A stretch of 59,671 bases of DNA, filler included. It is 6 parts of 6 records of this genome, joined end to end, with 100 filler letters (N's around TTAATTAATTAA, not from the genome) between each part and the next. Parts side by side here need not be neighbours in the genome. Positions count along the whole stretch, not along the records: positions 19,952 to 25,024 come from SRR31156797_2418; positions 25,125 to 46,462 come from SRR31156797_2419; 4 more parts are not named here. One strand, 5' to 3'. Below the pieces are notes generated by a model. It saw nothing but the letters and a program-made list of their open reading frames with translations, did not search any database and was not told where the DNA came from. This document shows, piece after piece, positions 20,982 to 32,354 of this stretch (positions are counted from its first letter, which is position 1; each line of letters starts with the position of its first letter). Position numbers and translations under genes: made by a program.

Positions 20982-21926
20982 ATGAAAAAACTTTCGCTGG
21001 TAATTTGTGTATATAACGAAGAACCGAATATACAACCTCTTTCAGAACAGATAACAAATGCCTTAAATAATATAGATTTTGAAGCCATATTTGTTGATGA
21101 CGGCTCTTCCGATAATACGGTTGCGGAAATCAAAAAAATTAACGATGAGCGGTTTATTTTAGTTGAACTTAAAAGAAACTACGGTCAAAGTTCGGCGCTT
21201 CAGGCTGGTATCGACCAGGCGGAAGGAGAATTTGTTGCGCTAATTGACGGAGACCTGCAAAACGATCCGGCAGATATTCCAATGATGCTGAAAATGATGG
21301 AGAATGAAGAGTGGGACATGGTTGCCGGTGTTCGAGCAAACAGAAAAGATGGAATGTTCCTACGGAAAGTACCATCAAAAATTGCCAATTATATGATTCG
21401 TAAATCCACCGGAATTCAAATGAAAGACCTGGGATGTACGTTGAAAATATTTACAAAGGAAATTATTAAAAGTATACATATTTATGGTGAATTGCACCGG
21501 TATATTCCTGCACTAATTGCATTGGAAGGCGGTACAAATATTACACAGGTCGATGTAAACCACAGGCCACGCCAGTTTGGAACCTCGAAGTACAATTTAA
21601 GTCGTACAACACGTGTTATGAGTGATTTAATTCTTATGGTATTTTTTAAAAAATACCTTCAACGCCCCATGCATTTTTTTGGAGCCATTGGAATTGTTAC
21701 GCTTGGAATTGGTGTGCTTATTAATTTTTATATGTTGGTTTTGAAATTAATGGGCAACGATATTTGGGGAAAACCACTGTTGTTACTAGGAATTTTAATG
21801 GTTATGGGCGGCATTCAGTTTGTTACAATTGGTATAATAGCAGAGTTGCAGATGCGTACTTATTTTGAGTCGCAGCATAAAAAACCATACCGGGTAAAAA
21901 AAGTGGGACCTGCAAAAATCAACTAA
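20982..21926 (+). CDS. GT2 (DPM1/ArnC-like) polyprenol-phosphate glycosyltransferase
   Basis: VYNEE, VDDGSSD, RNYGQS.A, DGDLQNDP, two C-terminal TMs. Confidence 0.92.
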   Translation: MKKLSLVICVYNEEPNIQPLSEQITNALNNIDFEAIFVDDGSSDNTVAEIKKINDERFILVELKRNYGQSSALQAGIDQAEGEFVALIDGDLQNDPADIPMMLKMMENEEWDMVAGVRANRKDGMFLRKVPSKIANYMIRKSTGIQMKDLGCTLKIFTKEIIKSIHIYGELHRYIPALIALEGGTNITQVDVNHRPRQFGTSKYNLSRTTRVMSDLILMVFFKKYLQRPMHFFGAIGIVTLGIGVLINFYMLVLKLMGNDIWGKPLLLLGILMVMGGIQFVTIGIIAELQMRTYFESQHKKPYRVKKVGPAKIN

Positions 21927-22102
21927 TCTTCATGTAAAATTAGTTTTATAATTTCAGCAAAATTTTTCCCCAAGCGTAAAAATTAATGCCAAATAGTGGT
22001 TGAAAAACATATCTTTTATTTATAAAAGTTTTGATAGTTAAACTATTATAGTTCAAAATGGTCTAACTTTGCAATAACTTAATCACCTAAATTAATTTAG
22101 CC

Positions 22103-22783
22103 ATGAGAATCATAAAATGTTCTTTATTCATTATTATCCTGATTTTTATTGTTTTCTCTAATTCTACGGCGCAAGATAAAATTGTTCATGGAACAGTTAC
22201 CACTTTCGACAGTATATTAATAAACAATGCGAGTGTGAAAGTTCGAAGTACCAAACAGGTAGTTTATACCGATAGTTTGGGAAATTTCTCGGTTGGAGTT
22301 GCCAATAAAGATATTCTTGTTGTTAACGTTAAAGGGTTTTATAAAAAGAGCGTAAGATTAGAAGAGAAAACAAGGTTTGCTGCAATTAACCTGATTCTGA
22401 AGCCAGGAGATAAATCAAAAATGTATGCCATTGGAAACAGTCATATTTCCGATACAGAAAAATTTAATTCTCTTGCATTACTAAATAAAAACAACAAAGA
22501 TTATTCGATGTATAGAAATGTTTTTGAAATTGTACAGAGCCAGTTTGCAGGGGTATTAATTGTTAATGGTCATATTCGAATTCACGGCGCAAGCTCTTTG
22601 TATTCAAGTGAGGCAAATGCGGCTACAATAATTTTAGATGGCCTGGTAGTAAATGAATCTACTATAAACTCAATTCCAACTTCTCAAATCAAAAGTGTTC
22701 AGGTTATAAAAGATGGAAATGCAGCAATATATGGAACACGTGGAGGAACTGGCGTAGTTATTGTTGAAACTAAAAAATGGTAA
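22103..22783 (+). CDS. TonB-dependent receptor plug-domain protein without beta-barrel
   Basis: Signal peptide, carboxypeptidase-regulatory-like domain, plug end IKSVQVIKDGNAAIYGTRGGTGVVIVETK then stop. Confidence 0.8.
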   Translation: MRIIKCSLFIIILIFIVFSNSTAQDKIVHGTVTTFDSILINNASVKVRSTKQVVYTDSLGNFSVGVANKDILVVNVKGFYKKSVRLEEKTRFAAINLILKPGDKSKMYAIGNSHISDTEKFNSLALLNKNNKDYSMYRNVFEIVQSQFAGVLIVNGHIRIHGASSLYSSEANAATIILDGLVVNESTINSIPTSQIKSVQVIKDGNAAIYGTRGGTGVVIVETKKW

Positions 22784-22841
22784 AAATAATTTAATTCAAT
22801 CGTTCTGAATATCAAAAAAAATCATTAACCTAAATAGAGTC

Positions 22842-23522
22842 ATGAAAAATAGAACATCATATTTATTAATTTTAATTTTTTTTTCGCTGCTTTCAGCTAG
22901 TCTCCATGCTCAGGAAAAAGTAATTCATGGCATTGTTACTACTTTCGATAGTATTCCGTTAAATGGAGCCAGTATTACGGTGAAAAGTTCAAAACAGGTA
23001 ATTGAATCCGATAGTCTGGGGAATTTTTCGGTTGGTGTTGCCGACAAGGATGTGCTGGTTGTTAAAGCAAAAGGTTTTTATAATCAAAAGGCTAAAATTA
23101 CGGCAGGAACAAAAATAGTGGCTGTTAATTTGAATCTTAAACCTGGTGTAAAAAGCAGAGAGTATGCCATTGGATATGGTTATGTTACCGACGGTGAAAA
23201 GTTAAATGCACTTTCTTCGCTAAACAGAGACGACATGAATTTCTCACAATATAATAGTGTATTCGATATTATTCGTGGTCGTTTTGCTGGTGTGCAGGTT
23301 ATTAACAATGAAATTCAAATCAGGGGAGTAAATTCAATTAACCTGAACACTAATGCTTTAATTATTCTTGATGGAATTACAGTTAGCGGAGCCACATTAA
23401 ATACCTTATCAACATCGAATATTAAAAGTATAAATGTAATTAAAGATGGAAGTGCCGCAATATACGGCTCTCGCGGAGCTAACGGTGTAGTTATTGTAGA
23501 AACACTCGACGGCAATGACTAG
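22842..23522 (+). CDS. TonB-dependent receptor plug-domain protein without beta-barrel (paralogue)
   Basis: Same architecture; IKDGSAAIYGSRGANGVVIVET. Confidence 0.82.
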   Translation: MKNRTSYLLILIFFSLLSASLHAQEKVIHGIVTTFDSIPLNGASITVKSSKQVIESDSLGNFSVGVADKDVLVVKAKGFYNQKAKITAGTKIVAVNLNLKPGVKSREYAIGYGYVTDGEKLNALSSLNRDDMNFSQYNSVFDIIRGRFAGVQVINNEIQIRGVNSINLNTNALIILDGITVSGATLNTLSTSNIKSINVIKDGSAAIYGSRGANGVVIVETLDGND

Positions 23523-23668
23523 TATTCGATTTTTGATTCTTGAATGTACTTGTTTTAACCCTTAATCCATATGCTTTTTTGTTAAAAAAAACTGTCCCTT
23601 TTGTTTCTGGGTTTTAAAAGCAAAACTATTAATTCTTATCTTCGGTGCATCAACTAAAACCTGAAGTG

Positions 23669-25024
23669 ATGCAAAAGTTTTCCAGCCTTATTTTAATTGC
23701 TGTATTTTTATTTTTCTCCTGCGCAAAGTCTCCAAATCAAAAAAAAGAAGATTTAAAACTGTGGTACGATAAACCTGCCGATGAGTGGATTGAAGCGTTG
23801 CCGGTTGGAAACGGAAGGTTAGGAGCGATGGTATTTGGCTCTGTTTTAAAAGAACGTATTCAGTTAAACGAAGAGTCGTTATGGACCGGCGGGCCAATTG
23901 AAAGATTGAATCCGGAAGCAAATGAAAACCTGAATAAAGTAAGGGAGCTTTTGTTTGAAGGGAAATATGCTGAAGGCGACAAACTTGCCCAGCAAAAACT
24001 TATGGGCAAAAGAATTGAAAGCGGATTAATTACCTACCAAACATTGGGAGATTTATTAATTGATTTTGAAGGAATTGATAATGTTATCAACTATAAACGC
24101 GACCTTGATTTAAGAACTGCTGTGGCTACTACCCGGTTTGAAGCAGATGGTATTAGTTACAAACGGGAGATTTTTTCTTCGCGCCCCGATGGAATAATTG
24201 TTGTTAGACTATCGGCTTCGGAAAAAGGCAAACAAAATTTTAAAATTTCGATGGAACGACCGGGCGAAGCCGAAACAATTTCGGTGGGTGAGAATCAGTT
24301 ACTGATGACAGGATTTGCTGAATATGAAGGAAGGGGAACGCATTTTGTCTCGGTTGTTCATGTGAAAAATAAAAATGGTGAAATTGCTTCAACAGAAAAT
24401 AATTTGATTGTAAGAAATGCTGATGAAGTGGAAATTCTGATTTCAGGGAGAACCGACTTTTGGGGTGAAAACGAAGTGAAAACATCGGCCGATGATGTAA
24501 AAAAAGCTAAAGAATTAGATTTTGCTGAAATAAAATCAAAACATATTGCTGATTATCAGGAACTTTTTAATCGGGTCGATTTGGTTTTAAGCGAACCAGA
24601 TACATTAAATCTTCCTACAGATGAACGGTTGGAAAGAGTAAAGGATGGTGAACCCGATTTGAATTTAACCGAACTTTATTTTCAGTACGGACGATACCTT
24701 TTAATCAGTTCTTCGCGTCCGGGTGGTTTGCCGGCCAATTTACAGGGAATTTGGGATGCTACTTTAGCACCGCCCTGGAATGCCGATTATCATATCAATA
24801 TAAATATTCAAATGAATTACTGGCCGGCACTGGTTACTAATCTTGCCGAATGTCAGCAACCGTTCTTTGATTTTGTAGATGGACTGCGGGAAAATGGTTC
24901 AAAAACGGCTAAAGAAATGTATGGTTGTCGTGGATTTGTTGCACATCATACTACCGACATTTGGAAATTCACAGAACCAATTGGTGAAACAGGTTGGGGA
25001 ATGTGGCCAATGGGTGCAGCCTGG
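23669..25024 (+). CDS. GH95 alpha-L-fucosidase, lipoprotein (3' truncated)
   Basis: LWYDKPA..W.EALPVGNGRLGAM, FQYGRYLLISSSRPG, PANLQGIW, YHININIQMNYW. Confidence 0.92.
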
Positions 25025-25124
25025 NNNNNNNNNNNNNNNNNNNNNNNNNNNNNNNNNNNNNNNNNNNNTTAATTAATTAANNNNNNNNNNNNNNNNNNNN
25101 NNNNNNNNNNNNNNNNNNNNNNNN
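25025..25124. other. Artificial contig linker
   Basis: N run with TTAATTAATTAA. Confidence 0.99.
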
Positions 25125-27159
25125 AAAAAAAATTAAAATTATTGATAATCAAAATTTAGAAATAATTGAAATCCCTGAAGTTGCAGCTTCAAATGGAGTG
25201 GTTCCAACACCAAAAATTATTGTAGATCAAATAGTAAAAGAAACTTTATCCCCTTTAATTAAAAATAAATCAATAGAGGAAATAAAAAAATTAAAAATAG
25301 CAGATATTTGTTGTGGATCAGGAACATTCTTAATATCAGCTTATGATTTTATTTTGAAAAATATTTTAGAAAAATTAATAGAAAGTAAGAATGACTATAG
25401 AGATTTAACTCGTAGAAATAAAAATGGTTCAATAATATTATCATTAGAGGCAAAACGAAATATTATAAAAGATAATTTATTTGGAATAGATATTAACCCT
25501 TATGCAGTAGAAGTTACAGAGTTTAGTTTATTATTAAAATTACTAGAAGATGAAGATGAGATTTCTATAAATGATTTTATTAATGAAGTTTCTGAAAAAA
25601 TTCTACCAAACCTCAAAAAAAATATTAAATGTGGAAATTCAGTTGTAGATTACAATTTTTTTAATTTTTTACCAGAAATATTAGATAATGATGTTATTCT
25701 CAATGAAATCAAACCTTTTAATTTACATAAGGAATTTAGCTTTTTAGATAAAAGAAAGGGTTTTGATGCAATAATTGGAAATCCTCCATATGTTAGAATT
25801 CAAAATTTAAAAAAATACAGTCCTGAGGAAGTTAAATATTATCAATCATCTGATTATGGGTATGAAGTAGCAAAGAAACAAAATATTGATAAATACTTTG
25901 TTTTTATTCAAAGAGCCATTGAGCTATTAAATGATAATGGTCTTCTTGGTTATATAGTTCCTCATAAATTTTTTATAACAATAAGCGGAAAAGAGTTAAG
26001 AAAATATATCATAAAAAATAGCCAAATTAATAAATTATTACATTTTGGTACAGTTCAAGTTTTTCCTAAAAAATCAACATATACCGCTATATTAATTTTG
26101 CAAAAGTCTAAATCACCTGAATTTCAATTTGTAAAAATTAATAAAATTTCAGAAGAAAGTTTTCAACAAGAAAATAATAGGTGTACATATAAAACTGATG
26201 ACTTTAGTAATAATCCTTGGATTTTTCTATCTAAAAATACAAAAAATATTTTCAATAAACTTAATAATAAAAATTCTATTCAACTAAATAAAATTGCTGA
26301 GATAGTTGTAGGGCTTCAAACTAGTAAAGATGAAATATATATTTTTAAACCAAAAAAAGAAGATGAGAAATATTATTTCTTTTCATTAGAAGATAAAGTG
26401 TTCAAAATTGAAAAAAGTATTTGTAAACCAGCAATTTATAAAATGAGCTTTGATTTATTTGACACCATAGTAAATAATGCACAAATAATTTTTCCTTATA
26501 AAATAACTAATGGTAATGCGCAACTTTTAGAAGAAAGTGAACTAAAAGAAAAATATCCTTTTGCTTGGAAGTACTTAAATGAATTTAAAAATATTCTTGA
26601 AAAAAGGAGCCTAAATGGCAGAAACCCTATTTGGTATCAATACGGTCGATCTCAGAGTTTAAATAAGTTTCATAATGAAAAAAAATTAATTTGGTCTGTT
26701 TTAGCTACGACCCCACCTTATATTCTTGATGAAAATAATATTCAATTTACTGGTGGAGGTAATGGCCCATATTATGGATTATTAAAAAACTCTGATTATT
26801 CACTGTATTATATATTAGGAATTCTTTCTCACCCAGTTATTGAAAAAATGGTTAAGTCAAGAGCAAGTGAATTTAGAGGTGACTACTATTCACATGGAAA
26901 ACAATTTATTAAAAAACTACCAATTAGAAAAATTAATTTTGACGACAAAATAGAACTAAAAAAATATGAAAAAGTAATAAAGTTAGTTAAGAATTTGATT
27001 TCCAGTAAAGAGCGGTTAAATAAAATAGATCTTGATTATGAAAAAGATAATATGAAGCGAAAATATAATTTTTTATATGAAAGCTTAATAAATGTTATAA
27101 ATGATCTCTATGACATTAATGACGAGGAATTTCAAACAATAATAAATGAAGAAATATAA
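25125..27159 (+). CDS. Type IIG restriction-modification enzyme (BpmI/Eco57I-like), C-terminal part
   Basis: PEVAASNGVVPTP, DICCGSGTFL (motif I), GNPPY (motif IV), TRD; in frame with 45462-46462 across the circular junction, about 1001 aa in total. Confidence 0.92.
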
Positions 27160-27183
27160 AAAATAAAATAGGAGAAATATAAA

Positions 27184-28824
27184 GTGAATCAAAAAGAAAA
27201 AAAATCATCACAAAAATTAAGAGGAGGATACTATACACCTAGAGAAATCACTGATTTTTTGTGTAAATGGAGTATAAACTCTGAAACTAAAAATCTTTTA
27301 GAACCAAGCTGCGGAGATGGTAATTTTATTGAGGCAGCAATATTAAGATATAAAGAGCTTGGTTTTAATGATAATGCTATTGAAAGCAAAATACAAGGAG
27401 TTGAGTTAATAAAAGAAGAGGCTGAAAAGGCATCTCAAAGAGTAAGGGAATATGGAATAAAGTCAGAGCTGATAAGTAATTCAGATTTTTTTCATTTTGC
27501 AAAAAATAACAATTGTAAATTTGATGTTATTGTTGGTAATCCTCCTTTTATTAGGTATCAAAATTTTCCTGAAGAACATCGAGACATTGCTATTAAATTA
27601 ATGAATGATTTAGGGATGAAACCTAATAAATTAACCAATATTTGGGTTCCTTTTCTTGTTATTTCTGCATCACTTTTAAATGAAAATGGAAAACTTGCAA
27701 TGGTTATTCCGGCTGAATTATTTCAAGTTAAATATGCTGCTGAAACTAGAGTTTTTTTATCAAACTTTTTTGATAGAATAACAATTGTAACTTTTAAAAA
27801 ATTAGTATTTAAAAATATTCAACAGGAAGTTGTATTACTTCTATGTGAAAAAAAAGTTACTTCAAAAAAAGGAATTAGATCAATAGAATGTAACAATCTT
27901 AATGATTTAAAATTGCTAGATTTTAATACTATCAATAGTTTAAGCGTAAAATCTATTGATCATAATTCTGAAAAATGGATAAAATATTTTCTAGAAGAAA
28001 ACGAAATTGAATTATTAAGGAAACTAAAAAATGATCAAAGAATAATTCCTTGTAGTGATATAATGATTACAAATGTTGGGTTAGTAACAGGTAGAAATGA
28101 ATTTTTTATGTTAAACAAGGAACAAGTAAAAAAATGGAACTTAGAAGACTCAACTATACCTGTAGTGAGTAAATCTAATCAACTAAAAGGGATAAAATTT
28201 AATGAGGAGGATTTTAATAATAATTCTGAGGAATTGAAGTCGATCCATTTATTTTTACCTCCTGAGAAAGATTTTGAAAATCTACCTGAAGCTTCTCAAG
28301 AATATATTAAGTATGGAGAAGAAAATGAATTTCATACAGGGTATAAAACCCGTATTAGAAAAAGATGGTATATTACTCCGTCAAGATGGATTCCTGATGC
28401 TTTTGCTTTAAGACAAGTGGGTTTGTTTCCTAAACTTATATTAAATGAAACAGGAGCAATGTCAACAGATACAATACATCGAGTTAAATTTAAAAATGAT
28501 ATTAATCCAAAACTTGCTATAATTGCATTTTTTAATTCTTTAACATTTGCATTTTCAGAGATTACTGGTAGAAGTTATGGTGGTGGAGTAATGACATTTG
28601 AACCAACAGAAATTCAAGAAATTAGAATACCTAAATTTGATAAATTAGATTTAAATTTTGCTATAATTGATGAACTTATTAGAGATAAAGAAATTGAAAA
28701 AGTTCTTGATATTGTAGATGAAGCTCTTTTAATAAAAATTCATGGTTTTAAAAAAGAGGAAGTTAAAATATTAAGAAATATTTGGAAAAAACTATCTCAA
28801 AGAAGAATAAATAGAAAAAAATAA
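27184..28824 (+). CDS. Companion N6-adenine DNA methyltransferase
   Basis: QKLRGGYYTP, EPSCGDGNF, GNPPF, GRSYGGGV; the Eco57I/BpmI-type RM+M arrangement. Confidence 0.9.
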   Translation: MNQKEKKSSQKLRGGYYTPREITDFLCKWSINSETKNLLEPSCGDGNFIEAAILRYKELGFNDNAIESKIQGVELIKEEAEKASQRVREYGIKSELISNSDFFHFAKNNNCKFDVIVGNPPFIRYQNFPEEHRDIAIKLMNDLGMKPNKLTNIWVPFLVISASLLNENGKLAMVIPAELFQVKYAAETRVFLSNFFDRITIVTFKKLVFKNIQQEVVLLLCEKKVTSKKGIRSIECNNLNDLKLLDFNTINSLSVKSIDHNSEKWIKYFLEENEIELLRKLKNDQRIIPCSDIMITNVGLVTGRNEFFMLNKEQVKKWNLEDSTIPVVSKSNQLKGIKFNEEDFNNNSEELKSIHLFLPPEKDFENLPEASQEYIKYGEENEFHTGYKTRIRKRWYITPSRWIPDAFALRQVGLFPKLILNETGAMSTDTIHRVKFKNDINPKLAIIAFFNSLTFAFSEITGRSYGGGVMTFEPTEIQEIRIPKFDKLDLNFAIIDELIRDKEIEKVLDIVDEALLIKIHGFKKEEVKILRNIWKKLSQRRINRKK

Positions 28825-29267
28825 TGGTTTAAAAATATGGTAAATGTTTTTATGAATCCTTTTTTATTTAAAATAATTACCGCAATTTTGGGTATTGCTA
28901 TAAACTTCAACAAAAAGTCCAATAAGGAATTTATAAAAAGTTTATAAATCTTTATTTAGGCTTAAGGATAATATCTCTGCTCTCAGGGACAATAAGTTTA
29001 TTTTTAACTTAAAAAAACATTGATTTTATTGGTTAAATTTGATGATTGCTTTTGAAAAAGATGTGAACACAAGTTTTTTTAAAGTTTTTTTAACAAACTA
29101 AATCACAAACCTATTTTTTTAAAGATTTGTAAAAGAACTTAAATATTATAACCTGTGCTTATGATATATTTTTACAGGTTGTTTTTTTCTTATTGCCCTT
29201 CAGGACACGAATACTCTCTCTACACCTAAATGAAAATAGATTTATTGGACCGAGAAATTAAAACATT

Positions 29268-29295
29268 AAGAGCCTTTTTGTAGGCTCTTTTTTTT
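29268..29295 (+). terminator. Intrinsic terminator
   Basis: AAGAGCCT-TTTTGT-AGGCTCTT followed by a T run. Confidence 0.75.
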
Positions 29296-29343
29296 ACATT
29301 GTATGAGTCTCTATAGAAAAAGATTAATATTTAAAAAAAGTAT

Positions 29344-29372
29344 TTGACATCCATGAGAATTAAAGTTATACT
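29344..29372 (+). promoter_or_regulatory. Sigma70-type promoter
   Basis: TTGACA-17-TATACT upstream of three small ORFs. Confidence 0.75.
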
Positions 29373-29482
29373 TTATCGAATGAAAATAATTCATCTAAGT
29401 AAAAAAAACACTTATAAATATATAATATATATAAAAAAAAGTATTAAAATTATACCTGGTTGAATAGAAGGGAGAGTGTGTT

Positions 29483-29794
29483 ATGAGCTTTTTATCAGGA
29501 GCAGCAGTTCCAAGTATTGAAATACGATTAGCAAAAACCGTTGAAGAGGTTAACGATGTTGTAGGAGGTCAATTAAATATTAGGGGATATATTGAGTATT
29601 TAATCAAAAAATATCAAATAGTTGGTGATATGTATATAAACTCTTTAGTGGAAAATGTTCTTTTAGCTAGAACCTATATTTTAAGTAGAAAGAATGTAAA
29701 TGTTCATTTAGAAAATTATAGAGAACTAAAGAAAAATTTAAATATACATGAGCTTATTAAATTAATAGAAAAAGGAAATGGATTAGCAGCATGA
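29483..29794 (+). CDS. Hypothetical protein
   Basis: 103 aa, GGGAG RBS; ATGA coupling to the next ORF. Confidence 0.7.
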   Translation: MSFLSGAAVPSIEIRLAKTVEEVNDVVGGQLNIRGYIEYLIKKYQIVGDMYINSLVENVLLARTYILSRKNVNVHLENYRELKKNLNIHELIKLIEKGNGLAA

Positions 29795-30219
29795 TTAATA
29801 GTAATCAAAATTTAATATATCATCTTCATAACGCACTAGCCGAATTTCAAAAAGAATCAAATGATTTTTTGAAGGAAATAAAGTCTTTTCATGATTATAT
29901 GTTACAAAGATATCAATTTGGAGATATTGACTTTGAAGATATTCAAGCAATTAACATTGAATTTGAAAATTTTAAACAAAAAACGAGAAGTCAAAATAAA
30001 AAATTTCGCGATGTACTAGATTCATATATTAAAAGAAGAGGATATAATTCTTTGACAGAGATTGATAAAATTAATATTAATAACGACTCTAAATTATATG
30101 GAATGCCTCAATCTGCTTTAGCAGATAAATATTATACATATCAAAAAGTTATACATCGAGTATTAAAAGAAATTGAAGATGCAAGTAAATTGTATAGGAA
30201 AAATTATCCTTTCTATTAA
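29791..30219 (+). CDS. Hypothetical helical protein
   Basis: 142 aa, translationally coupled. Confidence 0.7.
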   Translation: MINSNQNLIYHLHNALAEFQKESNDFLKEIKSFHDYMLQRYQFGDIDFEDIQAINIEFENFKQKTRSQNKKFRDVLDSYIKRRGYNSLTEIDKININNDSKLYGMPQSALADKYYTYQKVIHRVLKEIEDASKLYRKNYPFY

Positions 30220-30316
30220 GGTGCTCAGTTTTGAATCGGTAGAGAATTATTTAATAACATCGAAGAAGTTGAAAAATAAAAAAAATAGAATATAAATAAA
30301 GTAAGGAGTGAGTTAA

Positions 30317-30535
30317 ATGAGTAGGTATAGTGATATGATGATTGAAATGCAACAAATAGAGTGGGAAGAAAACTTAAGAGAACAACTAGGGGATTCAAAA
30401 TTTGAAGAGTATCAAGAATTGTTAAATGCTAGAGATGAATATGAAGCTAATACTCCTAAATGGTATACACGTGCTGATGATGTAAAAAGCTTTGAAGATG
30501 CAAATGGACTTACTAATGAAGGCGATGATGAATAA
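30317..30535 (+). CDS. Small highly acidic protein
   Basis: 72 aa, about 21 D/E versus 7 K/R; AAGGAG RBS. Confidence 0.75.
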   Translation: MSRYSDMMIEMQQIEWEENLREQLGDSKFEEYQELLNARDEYEANTPKWYTRADDVKSFEDANGLTNEGDDE

Positions 30536-30734
30536 AAAATAAATTGAATAGTAATGAGCAAGTGCTATTAAAAGAAGTTTTAGAATAATGATTTAAGTTT
30601 GAAAAAAATAAATATAATAAATATTAAAAGTCGGAGATAATTTCTTTGGCTTTTTTTGTTTAAAAAAGTATAGTTGCATTTTATAGATTGACTTAAAATC
30701 CAAAAGTGCTATTATTATAATGGGAGGGAATAAA

Positions 30735-31319
30735 ATGAGGAAATTAAAGCATTTAGTGTTATTTTTAATGATTTCAATCGTTTTAGTGGCACATTCAGGA
30801 CGAATTGATAAAAATGGTGGCCACACAAACAAAAAAACAGGGAAATATCACTATCACAACAAGAAAATTTTAACGCAAGAATCCGTCAAAACAACTGTTA
30901 AAGTTGAAAATAAATTAATTGGTCAGGTAAATTATGTTTCTGATGGAGACACCTTTCATTTACTTGTGGATGGCGTTAAATATAAAATAAGATTATATGG
31001 TGTAGATACTCCGGAAAAGCTTCAAGAGCACGGCTTAGAGGCTAAAGAGTTTACAAATAAATTAATTTCAAGAAAAGAAGTAACAGTTCTGGTAAAAGAT
31101 AAAGATAGATATGGTCGAATTGTTGGTGAGGTTTATATTGGAAGTATCAATTTAAACTTAGAATTGTTAAGGTCTGGAAATGCTTGGTGGTATGAATACT
31201 ATGCGAAGAATGAAACGGAGTATAGAGCAGCTCAAGAAGCCGCGAGAGCTTCAAAATTAGGTTTATGGTCTTCAGTTAATCCTATTGCACCATGGAAATG
31301 GAGGAAACTGAACAAATAG
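30735..31319 (+). CDS. Secreted thermonuclease (SNase) with N-terminal YHYH-like motif
   Basis: Signal peptide, HSGRIDKNGGH...YHYH, VSDGDTF, IRLYGVDTPE, DRYGRIVG, ARASKLGLW. Confidence 0.9.
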   Translation: MRKLKHLVLFLMISIVLVAHSGRIDKNGGHTNKKTGKYHYHNKKILTQESVKTTVKVENKLIGQVNYVSDGDTFHLLVDGVKYKIRLYGVDTPEKLQEHGLEAKEFTNKLISRKEVTVLVKDKDRYGRIVGEVYIGSINLNLELLRSGNAWWYEYYAKNETEYRAAQEAARASKLGLWSSVNPIAPWKWRKLNK

Positions 31320-31377
31320 CCCTATAATTTAGTTTAATGAAAATAAATTATTTTATACATAGTCGGAGGGCCTAAAC

Positions 31378-32317
31378 ATGAACAATCCTACTGTTATTCC
31401 TAAATTAAACTACTCTAAACGTTCAAGAGAGTTTAATAAATACACTGACGAACAAAAAAGTAAATGTGTTTTCGCTTATTTATTTGAAAATAGAAGTCAC
31501 CGGTGGCTTGATGAAAATATTCTTCAGCTAGATAAAGAAGAAAGCAAAGGTTATCAATCAATGGGAATTTTACACTTCCTGGGAAGTTATCACACCAGCT
31601 TATTTTTCTAAAGAATTGGATAAATCCGCATTTGATTATCATGGATCAGGAATTCCAGTAGGCTTACGTAACTTCTTTCATTCAGAAACCTTAGGGCCTG
31701 GCGACTACCTTAAATTGCTTCTTCAATACGGCAACAAGGAGTACAACGCCAAAATTACTAGAGAATCAAGTAAAATGAGTAGAACTCGAATCTTTTGGGA
31801 TAAAGAACTATCAGAAGTACTCAAAAATCGTTATCCTGAATATTATGAAAGCGTGCAGCAAAAAAAAATAGAAGGTAACAAGCCTAAAATGTTCTTTGAA
31901 AGTATCGATGAGAACAAGTATCTCATTACACTAAGTTCAGTTAAGCAATTTAAAACTATGAAAGAGTATGAAGGAGAAATTGATAAGGCTATTCAAAAGA
32001 GTAAAGCTGATAACTCTTTGAAAAGAAAAGAGAGGTTAAAAGCTGCTGCTTCAAAGCCAGCCTCTTTAATTGTAAAAACTACAGTGTATAAACGAAATCC
32101 TGATGTGATAGCAGAAGTTCTTAAAAGAGCAAATGGCTTCTGTGAAAAGTGTGGCTCAAAGGCCCCTTTCATTAGAGCAAGCGATAACTCGCCTTATTTG
32201 GAAGTGCATCATGTAACTCCTCTTGCTGAAGGTGGAGAAGATACAGTAGAAAATGCTATTGGAGTATGCCCAAATTGTCATAGAGAATTACATTTTGGAT
32301 TAAGTTTTAGGAGTTAA
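31378..32317 (+). pseudogene. McrA-like HNH endonuclease, out-of-frame junction near 31577
   Basis: ORF1 ends ...MGILHFLG; a second frame continues SWEVITPAYFSKELDKS...; C-terminal CEKC...YLEVHHV.PL..GGEDTVEN...CPNCHRELH. Confidence 0.75.
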
Positions 32318-32354
32318 TAAATTAAAAATTATGCTTAGAAAAATAGGTGATTAA

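Noticed and set aside
28830-29260. Inverted repeats (TTTATAAA..TTTATAAA; AACCTGT..ACAGGTT) as oriT or a dif-like site
   Set aside because: AT-rich palindromes are expected by chance; there is no relaxase and no recognisable nic or Xer consensus.
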